Below are positions 7,470 to 15,233 of a stretch of DNA of 29,503 nt, piece after piece. The notes beneath the pieces are model-generated. The model had not been told where the DNA came from. It worked only from the letters and a program-made list of their open reading frames with translations, and did not search any database. The DNA comes from a virus. Taxonomy: Duplodnaviria; Caudoviricetes. The stretch lies in the IMG/VR virus record IMGVR_UViG_3300038318_000171, positions 1-29,503 of that record. The stretch is one strand, 5' to 3'. Both the position numbers and the translations under genes were made by a program. The first letter of the stretch is position 1. The number at the start of each line of letters is the position of its first letter.

Positions 7470-10079
7470 ATGATTAATAAAAATAGAAATGTTTATATTA
7501 TGTCACTTGAAGCAAGTGATATTTACAGTCACATGCACAGGGGTTTAAATTTAAAACAAAATTATTGCGGTATGATCCCATATTCGTTGGAATTAATTAA
7601 ATTACAAAATGAAGGACTAAATATTAAGGTTAATATTACTGATAAGCAGATTAGCAGAGATATTATCAATGTTAAGTTTGATACTAAAGTCAAAGATGCT
7701 AATACTATTGCAAAAAGCATAGGTGACAAAGTTAATAAAATCAGTGATAGTCAAGATCCTGATAAAGCTGATTATATTGATAAACTTAAACAATTATCTA
7801 ATTTAATGGAGAAAAATAAAGATAATTGGCTTGAGGTAGGTACTACAGAGTTAAGAGAGTTACTTTACACTCAAGGCTTTACATTATCATTTACAAATAA
7901 AAAAACAGGTGAAATTACTGATATTGATTATGTTGTCTACAAAAGATCTAGTAGCAAAAGTAGGACAGGACAATGTTTATTCATCAAAAAAGAATTATAT
8001 AAATCAATGATTGATTGGAGCAGGATGGGTTTACCTTTTGTTGAAGGTATGCAGATTGATTATCCTTCTCTGCTTGCTTACGAGAGTTTGGTTGGTTCTG
8101 CTATTGAGGATACTGTTAAAATTAATAATATTTTGATTATTGATGATGTTATCAGTACATTTAGTCAGGTATGCAATGTTATTAAAAAGGATGAGACTAC
8201 AGGATTACTTAAAAGTTTTAAAGAAGAGACAGAAATAGAGAGTAACTTATTTGATGGTCAAGCCTTATTGGATAGTAGCTATTACCCAAGAGGTAAAGGC
8301 ATGATGCTTTTACGTAATCACTTTTTCAAAAGTGCAGCATTTAATTGTAACATACAAAAATTTTTAAAAGATCATTGTCCGGTTGATGTTGATTATAATG
8401 ATTGGATTATTAATAATATGTTTGGTCAACCGATTAAGGCTAAAGATATACATATGATCATAACTCCATCAAGCTTAAAGGCACTAAAGTTTAGCAATGT
8501 AATTGGTGCTAAAAAAGATATGTGGCATTATTGGCAGCAGGTTGTTATAGATGATGGTTGTTTGTTTGGCGTTTGCAAAAACGAGAAAGGATCTAAAAGA
8601 AATTTTGGTGATCAAGTATTGCAACAGATGAGTTATCAGATGATAAATTCGTTACCGGCAAATATTGATGATATTAAGGATTTAGCACAATTTGAGCTAG
8701 ACTATATAAGTAAACTTAAAAATAATGATTCCGTTTTTATCGATTATATTTCAAAAACTGCTAATGCAATTAATAGTAATAATATGTTTGTTGATCTCTA
8801 TTATCGTAACTGTAATATCGTTAATAATAAGATTTTCAGGGATTTTAGAAAAAAAGAAATACATAACTATACTAATTACATCAAATCCGGTAAAATCCGT
8901 TTAAATGGTGATTATTGTGTTATGGTTGGTAACCCGTTGGAGATGCTCTATCATGCAATTGGTGAGTTTGATGTTAATAATATTAAACCTTATCAGCATC
9001 CATTAAAGGGCAATGAGATATATACAAGGCTTTTTAAGGATAAGCAGGAGTTAACAGGTTTTCGCAATCCTCATACATCGCCAAGTAATGTATTGGTAGC
9101 AGTTAATAGGCATTGCAGGGATATAGATAGATATTTCAATTTATCAAAAAATATAGTGGTTGTTAATGCCATTGGTTTTGCTTTACAACAGACTTTGTCA
9201 GGGAGTGATTATGATTCTGATACAGTTTTGTTAGTTAAAAATGATAGATTACTTGAGTTAGCAAAAGTTTGTAGTAACAATTATAAAATATGCGTTAATG
9301 CTTTGGCTGCTGAAAAGGCACAATATAGGCTTACAAATCATGATATGTTTGTAATAGATAATAAATTGTCTGTTAGCCAAAGATTAATTGGTGAGGTTAC
9401 AAATACGGCACAGCATTTAATGTCTGTATATTGGGATAGACTGAGCAATTATGAATCTGCAGATGATGTTTTAGATAAGATTAATGTTTTAACCGTATTG
9501 AGTGGCGTTAGTATTGATCTTGCTAAAAAATTGTATGATATTGATTTTGAGAAAGAGTTGATTAATAACAGTATCGCAGGAGATAAACCTTTGTTTTTTA
9601 GGTATATAAGCCAAAATAAAAATATCAAAAATAAGATTGTTAAATATAGTTGTCCAATGGATTATTTGCAGGAGATTATCAATCCTGATAATGCAAAACA
9701 AAATACTAATATTGATATTGCTGATTTATTGATTAAACAAAGTCTTAAAAATGCGAACAGAAAACAGCAGCAGAAGATTATTGATTTGACAAATGATATG
9801 TGTAATCAACTAAATGGTTTATATGCTAATAGAGTAGGTTTAAATGATAGTGATACAAAAGAGATTGATCGGCAAATTGATGATGTTATCACAGAGTATA
9901 GTCAAAAAATTAAAAACAGAAAGATGAAATCTGATACTATGTATGGGCTTATCTTAGCAATAATTAAAAATGGTGATTACGCTTTAAGACAGTTAAATAC
10001 ACTATATCAAGCGTATCCACAAGAATTTATTAGTGCATTTAAAAAGAAAAGTCCGCAAAAAATGGATAATGTATCCTAA
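7470..10079 (+). CDS. YonO-like single-subunit two-barrel RNA polymerase (RdRP-related)
   Basis: RBS AAGGAGG; 869 aa; YKRSSSKSRTG, FDGQAL, LLRNHFFKSAAF, SYQMINSL, FRNPH, LSGSDYDSD (DxDxD metal site, nt 9207-9221), IGEVTN, SIDLAKK. Confidence 0.85.
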   Translation: MINKNRNVYIMSLEASDIYSHMHRGLNLKQNYCGMIPYSLELIKLQNEGLNIKVNITDKQISRDIINVKFDTKVKDANTIAKSIGDKVNKISDSQDPDKADYIDKLKQLSNLMEKNKDNWLEVGTTELRELLYTQGFTLSFTNKKTGEITDIDYVVYKRSSSKSRTGQCLFIKKELYKSMIDWSRMGLPFVEGMQIDYPSLLAYESLVGSAIEDTVKINNILIIDDVISTFSQVCNVIKKDETTGLLKSFKEETEIESNLFDGQALLDSSYYPRGKGMMLLRNHFFKSAAFNCNIQKFLKDHCPVDVDYNDWIINNMFGQPIKAKDIHMIITPSSLKALKFSNVIGAKKDMWHYWQQVVIDDGCLFGVCKNEKGSKRNFGDQVLQQMSYQMINSLPANIDDIKDLAQFELDYISKLKNNDSVFIDYISKTANAINSNNMFVDLYYRNCNIVNNKIFRDFRKKEIHNYTNYIKSGKIRLNGDYCVMVGNPLEMLYHAIGEFDVNNIKPYQHPLKGNEIYTRLFKDKQELTGFRNPHTSPSNVLVAVNRHCRDIDRYFNLSKNIVVVNAIGFALQQTLSGSDYDSDTVLLVKNDRLLELAKVCSNNYKICVNALAAEKAQYRLTNHDMFVIDNKLSVSQRLIGEVTNTAQHLMSVYWDRLSNYESADDVLDKINVLTVLSGVSIDLAKKLYDIDFEKELINNSIAGDKPLFFRYISQNKNIKNKIVKYSCPMDYLQEIINPDNAKQNTNIDIADLLIKQSLKNANRKQQQKIIDLTNDMCNQLNGLYANRVGLNDSDTKEIDRQIDDVITEYSQKIKNRKMKSDTMYGLILAIIKNGDYALRQLNTLYQAYPQEFISAFKKKSPQKMDNVS

Positions 10080-10126
10080 AACGTATGTAAACAGCGGATT
10101 ACAAAAATATTGAAAAGTTCCCATAT

Positions 10127-10208
10127 AGAGAGTATCTAAGCAAGGATATCTTTATTGTGGATCGAAAGCTAAAAGGGTAAGTAGACGGATGCTCTCTTTA
10201 TTTTTTTT
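10127..10208 (+). terminator. Large-loop hairpin with U-tract after the polymerase gene
   Basis: AGAGAGTATCT(10127-10137)/GGATGCTCTCT(10187-10197) with G-U pairs, then TTATTTTTTTT. Confidence 0.55.
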
Positions 10209-10237
10209 GAACAAAGGCATACAACTACCCAATTTAT

Positions 10238-10266
10238 ATTGTATGCGCAAGTGTGTTGTATGTCAA
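10238..10266 (-). promoter_or_regulatory. Sigma-A promoter pointing antisense toward the polymerase gene
   Basis: Minus strand TTGACA(10266-10261)-17 bp-TACAAT(10243-10238). Confidence 0.6.
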
Positions 10267-10395
10267 CAAAAATTTTAAAGCTAAGTTTGGTATATTTTTA
10301 GCTTATGTACCATAGTGTACAAAAAGTTTCTGTAGTCGTTTTGGCGATTACTGTTTTTATGGGACTAAAAACTAATAGTGGAGGAGGAAACAGCA

Positions 10396-10503
10396 ATGAA
10401 TTTATCAAGGTTTTGGAAGATTTACGATACTAAAAAAGTTATTATTGCAGTGTTGGTATTGACTGCAATAATGCAAATGCTACAGTATCTGGGGGTGCAA
10501 TAG
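10396..10503 (+). CDS. Small membrane peptide (35 aa, not in ORF track)
   Basis: RBS GGAGGAGG; MNLSRFWKIYDTKKVIIAVLVLTAIMQMLQYLGVQ; stop overlaps next GTG. Confidence 0.6.
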   Translation: MNLSRFWKIYDTKKVIIAVLVLTAIMQMLQYLGVQ

Positions 10504-10799
10504 TGGAGCAAAAAAAAGAAAAACGGTGTTACAGTTTAAATAAAGTAGCATATCTTTTACAATTTTTAAAACCAGATTATATAGGTTATGATGACCAGAC
10601 CAGGGCAGTATATTATGTTTTTCCTGATAATGATAAAGTTTTAAAATTAATTAAGAATTTTTATGATGATAAAAAACTACATAGATATTTACACGATCCG
10701 GACTTGCAGAGCTTTACTAAGAGTTATAATCATGTTATAAAAACGATAAAACAAAAAAAGTATGAAAACTTAAACACTATTGCGGAGGAGGAAGCTTGA
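10503..10799 (+). CDS. DUF5659-like protein (third paralog)
   Basis: CYSLNKVAYLLQ...YIGYD...VYYVFPDNDKVLKLIKNF pattern; RBS GGGGGTG. Confidence 0.6.
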   Translation: MEQKKEKRCYSLNKVAYLLQFLKPDYIGYDDQTRAVYYVFPDNDKVLKLIKNFYDDKKLHRYLHDPDLQSFTKSYNHVIKTIKQKKYENLNTIAEEEA

Positions 10800-10954
10800 T
10801 GCAAACTATAATTGCAATTTACTTTATAATGCTAACATTAGTGCTTATTGGTATAGTTTATGATAAAAATAATCCTCAAGAAATTAAAGTCAACGCAATG
10901 TATGTGATAGGGTTTTTGTGTGGGTTGTTGACGGTAGTCAACATATTGGGGTAA
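10799..10954 (+). CDS. Small two-TM membrane protein (51 aa, not in ORF track)
   Basis: RBS GGAGGAGG; TGATG coupling; MQTIIAIYFIMLTLVLIGIVYDKNNPQEIKVNAMYVIGFLCGLLTVVNILG. Confidence 0.65.
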   Translation: MQTIIAIYFIMLTLVLIGIVYDKNNPQEIKVNAMYVIGFLCGLLTVVNILG

Positions 10955-10977
10955 TACGGGTATAACCGTATACTTTT

Positions 10978-11019
10978 AAAAAAGAGTTGTGAGAAAGCAA
11001 AAATTACAACTCTTTTTTT
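10978..11019 (+). terminator. Intrinsic (possibly bidirectional) terminator
   Basis: AAAAAAGAGTTGTGA/TTACAACTCTTTTTT. Confidence 0.6.
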
Positions 11020-11052
11020 ATGCCTAAAATTACTAAAAGTGGAGGAGACTTT

Positions 11053-11601
11053 ATGGTTAATTTTGCAGACGAAAAAGTAAGATTTGATATGACTACAACT
11101 GCAAGGCAATTTGAAGATATTGTAATTCCTTTTATGCAAAATAAAAGCTGTAACGGCGAATGGATAAGTTGCGAGGGATTAAGCCACTTAGATGATAATA
11201 ATAAATTAAAGCAGATGTTTGACTTGTACTGTGGGATAGATTGGTTTTACATAAATAATAAAAATCGTGTATATGGCTATGCTGTCAGGATACAGCCTGG
11301 TAAGGATTGGGGCACATTTACTATTCGTAAGAGTAGAAAGTCCGGCACAAAAACGGAGTTTGATAAATTGACTAAGGCAAGAGATAAGGGTGCTGTGATG
11401 CCTAAGTACCATTTACAATGCTATTTAGATAATGATGATAATGTTTTGGCGATCTACAGGGTCAAGACTTCGGATTTGCTGGATTATATCGAGGATGGTT
11501 ATGCCGATGAAAGGTCTACATATGACGGTACCAAGTTTTATGTTTGCAAGGTTGATGGGTTAAAAGATGAAGGATATAAGGTTATGGAGGTTAGGGGATA
11601 A
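11053..11601 (+). CDS. Hypothetical phage protein, possible restriction-endonuclease-like fold
   Basis: RBS GGAGGAG before ATG 11053; D-x-x-x-GID...AVRIQ...FTIR...TEFDK; fold guess is tentative. Confidence 0.6.
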   Translation: MVNFADEKVRFDMTTTARQFEDIVIPFMQNKSCNGEWISCEGLSHLDDNNKLKQMFDLYCGIDWFYINNKNRVYGYAVRIQPGKDWGTFTIRKSRKSGTKTEFDKLTKARDKGAVMPKYHLQCYLDNDDNVLAIYRVKTSDLLDYIEDGYADERSTYDGTKFYVCKVDGLKDEGYKVMEVRG

Positions 11602-11603
11602 AG

Positions 11604-11789
11604 TTAATCTTCAATCTCTATATTTTCAACAGCAAAATTAAGTAATGTTTCAATTAATTCGTTACGTGACCTATTGGTTTTATTTGTAATAGCATCAATT
11701 TGATCTACTAATTCGGTTTTAATCCTGATTGAAAATGTTTTATATTCATCATTTGTTTTTCGTGTTATTTTTAGTTTTTTATTATTCAT
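11604..11789 (-). CDS. Ribbon-helix-helix (CopG-like) regulator
   Basis: KTFSIRIKTELVDQIDAITNKTNRSRNELIETLLNFAVEN; RBS AGGAG on minus strand. Confidence 0.85.
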   Translation of the reverse strand: MNNKKLKITRKTNDEYKTFSIRIKTELVDQIDAITNKTNRSRNELIETLLNFAVENIEIED

Positions 11790-11872
11790 TTATAACATCT
11801 CCTATAACTTTAGTATATGCTTGTTTATGTTATAAATATATGTTATAATTTATGTTATAAAATATGTTATAA
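11790..11872. promoter_or_regulatory. Operator-like array of TATGTTATAA repeats in divergent promoter region
   Basis: Direct copies at 11826, 11839, 11851 and 11863; inverted copies at 11790-11798 and (partial) 11803-11810. Confidence 0.7.
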
Positions 11873-11877
11873 AGGGA

Positions 11878-12306
11878 GTGATCAATATTAAAAGATTTAT
11901 TTTTATTTTGTGGTTAATTGTTATGTTAGTTGTGGCAAGTGGTTGTGGGAAAGATAAAGTTGTTACTTCAAAGGATACCGGAATTAAATATACGGTTAAG
12001 GATTACTTCAAGGTGCATGATAAAAAAGACAGCTATGGAGCAATAATTATTATTAATGAGGATATTAAGCAAGATGATATTATTAAATTGTGTCAGGAGT
12101 TAAGCGGTAAATATCCGGTGGTTAATGTTAAGATTTATAGAGATATTGAAAGCTATGAAGCTATTGAGATTTTTGGAGAATGGGAGAAATTTTGTAATAC
12201 AGGTTTGATAGGTAACTATTTAAAACATGGGAATTATAGTAAATTTAAATGGATGCAGAGGACAGGGGATTTTGCTGAAATGTTTGGGGAGTTTGTGGAG
12301 GTTTAG
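11878..12306 (+). CDS. Lipoprotein of unknown function
   Basis: Basic N-terminus, hydrophobic core, lipobox VASGC. Confidence 0.75.
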   Translation: MINIKRFIFILWLIVMLVVASGCGKDKVVTSKDTGIKYTVKDYFKVHDKKDSYGAIIIINEDIKQDDIIKLCQELSGKYPVVNVKIYRDIESYEAIEIFGEWEKFCNTGLIGNYLKHGNYSKFKWMQRTGDFAEMFGEFVEV

Positions 12307-12472
12307 GTTTAGGTTTAGGGGTGTGCAAAATTTTGCACAGGGTATTGTAAAAAATAGGCGTTCTTTTTAGTTTTAACTGACATGGAGGGGTGCCTATCAG
12401 AAAATCATAAAACTTAAAAATAAACTTCCAGAGCCACAACAATAAGGTTCAACGAAGTGGTATAATTTGGTC

Positions 12473-12502
12473 TTGCAATGTAAATAATAAAAATGATATA
12501 TT
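12473..12502 (+). promoter_or_regulatory. Promoter for antisense antitoxin-like RNA
   Basis: TTGCAA(12473-12478)-18 bp-TATATT(12497-12502) with extended TG. Confidence 0.5.
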
Positions 12503-12508
12503 TAAGTA

Positions 12509-12605
12509 AAGAGAAAAGACAGCTATTTGTGGTAGCTGCCTTTTAAAAGGTTTTTTTAGTTTTAGATGAAGGATACTGTGATTAATGCGGTATTCTTTTT
12601 CTTTT
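12509..12605 (+). ncRNA. Putative type I antitoxin antisense RNA
   Basis: Hairpin AAAAGACAGCTA/TAGCTGCCTTTT (12514-12544) and plus-strand terminator AAGGATACTGT/GCGGTATTCTT with U-tract, overlapping the 3' end of the minus-strand peptide ORF. Confidence 0.55.
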
Positions 12606-12696
12606 GTTCTTGTAGCTTTTTTATTGTAAGATGTATTGTCATGCCAAGGCTGATGATTGTCATGATGTTTATAATAATATTGGTTGTATTTATCAT
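12562..12696 (-). CDS. Putative type I toxin peptide (44 aa, not in ORF track)
   Basis: RBS GAAAGGGGG; MINTTNIIINIMTIISLGMTIHLTIKKLQEQKKKNTALITVSFI (hydrophobic N-terminus, Lys-rich tail). Confidence 0.65.
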   Translation of the reverse strand: MINTTNIIINIMTIISLGMTIHLTIKKLQEQKKKNTALITVSFI

Positions 12697-12751
12697 TTGT
12701 TTATCCCCCTTTCGTGTGTATTAATCAAAACATCTGTTTGCTACTATATAT

Positions 12752-12781
12752 ATCATATCAACGTGCTTTAAATATTGTCAA
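12752..12781 (-). promoter_or_regulatory. Sigma-A promoter for the toxin-like peptide
   Basis: Minus strand TTGACA(12781-12776)-18 bp-TATGAT(12757-12752). Confidence 0.6.
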
Positions 12782-12907
12782 CACGCAAATTATTCGATTT
12801 TGTAAATTTATGTTACAAAATACGAGTATTCGGTATTATTTTCGAAAAAACGGTATAATATAATGTGTAATATAAATGTAATATTTAAGAAAGAAGGTGA
12901 TTATAAA

Positions 12908-13357
12908 ATGGGCACAACACTAAACACTTTCTCGCCAACTCCTGCCGAACAAAAGCTTATAGAACAGTTGGTAAATCCCGAAAATTTAGGTAAAACTATC
13001 ACTGATATTTGTAACCAAGCAGAAATAACGAGAAATGTATATTACGATGCACTCAAAAAAGAAGGTTTTTATGAATTCTTAAACAAAACCATAATCGAGT
13101 GTATCAAATCAAGAATTGGGGATGTTCTTAACGCTTGCTTTAAGTATGCAACTAACAATGCTAAAAATACAGCAGACAGAAGAATGTTGCTTGAAATGGC
13201 AGGGATGTATAAAGAAACAAAGGTTGTAGAAAACAAAAATACCGATAATCTTAACGATTACAGCGAAGATGATCTAAAAGAAGCATTAGATAAGCTGAAA
13301 ATAATCAAAATGTCTAAAAATGGTGATAATCTCACTGAACAAATACCAATCCAATAG
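12908..13357 (+). CDS. Terminase small subunit-like HTH protein (phBC6A51-type HTH)
   Basis: RBS GAAGGTGA before ATG 12908; TITDICNQAEITRNVYYDAL HTH; DRRMLLEMAGMY; upstream of TerL. Confidence 0.7.
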   Translation: MGTTLNTFSPTPAEQKLIEQLVNPENLGKTITDICNQAEITRNVYYDALKKEGFYEFLNKTIIECIKSRIGDVLNACFKYATNNAKNTADRRMLLEMAGMYKETKVVENKNTDNLNDYSEDDLKEALDKLKIIKMSKNGDNLTEQIPIQ

Positions 13358-13488
13358 ACATAATACAATTCAAGTTAATACCAAAAACCGTATAATATAC
13401 ACCATTATACATGTATATTTGCATAATATTCAGTATAATTATACACCATTTTGAAACGTAGTGATATAGCACGTTTCAAAAGTTATTA

Positions 13489-13516
13489 TTACATCGAAAA
13501 CACTATTTCGTTGAAT
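13489..13516. other. dif/Xer-like tyrosine recombinase core site (11-6-11)
   Basis: TTACATCGAAA-ACACTA-TTTCGTTGAAT imperfect inverted arms around a 6-bp spacer. Confidence 0.4.
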
Positions 13517-13626
13517 GTTAAAAAAGTAACTTTAATAAAGTACCAATAATAACAACATAAATAATAAACATTATATAACAAATATGTAATGTAAGAATAA
13601 GATAAAACAAACATTTTATTGCATAT

Positions 13627-13667
13627 AAGTAGTCATAATATTTTTAATAATTTATGGCTACTTTTTT
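13627..13667 (+). terminator. Intrinsic terminator-like hairpin upstream of terL
   Basis: AAGTAGTCATAA/TTATGGCTACTT followed by T-run. Confidence 0.55.
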
Positions 13668-13691
13668 CAATCTCAAAAAAGTGGTGGTGAT

Positions 13692-15233
13692 ATGTCAAAT
13701 AATTTAAATAAAAAAGAATTACTGATAAAAGAAGTTAAAATTAAACGTCAATTATTGATAATAGAAGCAAGACGATCCTTTTGGATGTTTTGTAAGACGT
13801 TAGCACCGGATTTTTATACTGAGGATAAAGTATATTTAAAAGAGTATTGTAACACGCTACAAGCCTTGTATGAGGGCAGGATTGTTAAAAATAATATTAA
13901 TGCTAATTGGGTCATTGTTGATGATATTGATGTTGCAAAGGCATATGACCTAGCCTGCTATAAGCTAATGATCAATATGCCACCTCAACATGGCAAAAGT
14001 AGAACTTTAGTTTTATTTTGTCAATGGGTATTGGGGCAAAATCAATCTGAAAGGATTATAACAGTATCCTACAACGAAGATACAGCTATTGACTTCTCGA
14101 AGTACACAAGGGATGGTATATCCGAAGAAAAATTAGATGAATTAGAAATTATTTATTCTGATATTTTCCCGGATGTAGAAATTAAAAAAGGCTCATCTAG
14201 TAACTTTAAATGGGCTTTAAAAGGTCAGCATTTTAGTTACTTAGGTACTGGTATTGGTGGTTCTGTTACCAGTAAATCCGGTACAGTTAGGATTATTGAC
14301 GACCCTATAAAATCAGCTGAAGAAGCTTTAAATGAAAACAACCTTAATAAGATATGGCAGTATTATACCGGGACATTCTTATCCAGAGTATCAGGTAAAC
14401 ACATAGATATAATTAATCATACCAGATGGGCAGATAAAGATTTATGTGGCAGGTTATTATCCCTACAGCCTGAACAGTGGTATGTCTTTAAAAAAGAAGT
14501 TTATGACAAAGAAACTGATACTATGCTTTGTGATAGTTTATTATCAAAAACATATTACTTAAATTTAAAGCAGTTAATGATCCCTGAAATCTTTTATGCT
14601 AACTATCATCAAATGACAATAGATGCACAAAATAAACTATATAGCGAATTTAAACATTATGAAGAAATACCAACAGATTTAGAAGGCAATTGTCTCTTTG
14701 AATCAATAGTATCATTTACTGATACTGCTGACGCAGGTGATGATTATTTAGCAACAATTGTTGCAGGAGTATACCAAGGTAAATTATATATTTTAGATAT
14801 CCTTTACACTCAAAAACCTATGGAGATTACAGAGCCTTTAGTTGCTGAAATGTTATATAAGCATAAAGTTAACCTTGCTTACTTTGAATCTAATAATGGT
14901 GGTAAAGGCTTTGCACGTAAAATTAAAGATATTTTATATAACCAATACAGATACACTTACACAGTGGTTAAATGGTTTGCACAGCGTAAAAACAAGCAAA
15001 CAAGGATATTACTTAATGCACCTTACATTATGGAGAATGTTTATTTTCCTGTTGATAGCAAAACAAGATTTAGCGAAGCATGGGAGCATTTAAATACATT
15101 CAGCAGAAAAGGTAAAAATAAACATGACGACATAGAAGATGCTTTAACTGCATTGGTTGAGCATTTTGGCAATGGCACAAAGATAAGAGAACGTTACTAC
15201 AGCGGTAAAGGGGGGAGGTTTAAACAGAGATGA
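13692..15233 (+). CDS. terL: Terminase large subunit
   Basis: MPPQHGKS Walker A, IIDDP Walker B, HTRW, nuclease DTAD..DD, ESNNGG, HDDIEDA. Confidence 0.93.
   Translation: MSNNLNKKELLIKEVKIKRQLLIIEARRSFWMFCKTLAPDFYTEDKVYLKEYCNTLQALYEGRIVKNNINANWVIVDDIDVAKAYDLACYKLMINMPPQHGKSRTLVLFCQWVLGQNQSERIITVSYNEDTAIDFSKYTRDGISEEKLDELEIIYSDIFPDVEIKKGSSSNFKWALKGQHFSYLGTGIGGSVTSKSGTVRIIDDPIKSAEEALNENNLNKIWQYYTGTFLSRVSGKHIDIINHTRWADKDLCGRLLSLQPEQWYVFKKEVYDKETDTMLCDSLLSKTYYLNLKQLMIPEIFYANYHQMTIDAQNKLYSEFKHYEEIPTDLEGNCLFESIVSFTDTADAGDDYLATIVAGVYQGKLYILDILYTQKPMEITEPLVAEMLYKHKVNLAYFESNNGGKGFARKIKDILYNQYRYTYTVVKWFAQRKNKQTRILLNAPYIMENVYFPVDSKTRFSEAWEHLNTFSRKGKNKHDDIEDALTALVEHFGNGTKIRERYYSGKGGRFKQR

Noticed and set aside
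7470-10079. Calling the polymerase an RNA-dependent RNA polymerase of an RNAi-like system
   Set aside because: The characterised phage homolog (YonO) is DNA-dependent, and no Argonaute or Dicer-like partners are present
10160-10186. Resemblance of GAAAGCTAAAAGGG to a c-di-GMP-I riboswitch segment
   Set aside because: Lacks the GGCAAA/GNRA P2 and tetraloop-receptor P3 architecture
12301-12321. Telomere-like TTTAGG repeats as a real telomere
   Set aside because: Only three internal units in a bacterial phage context
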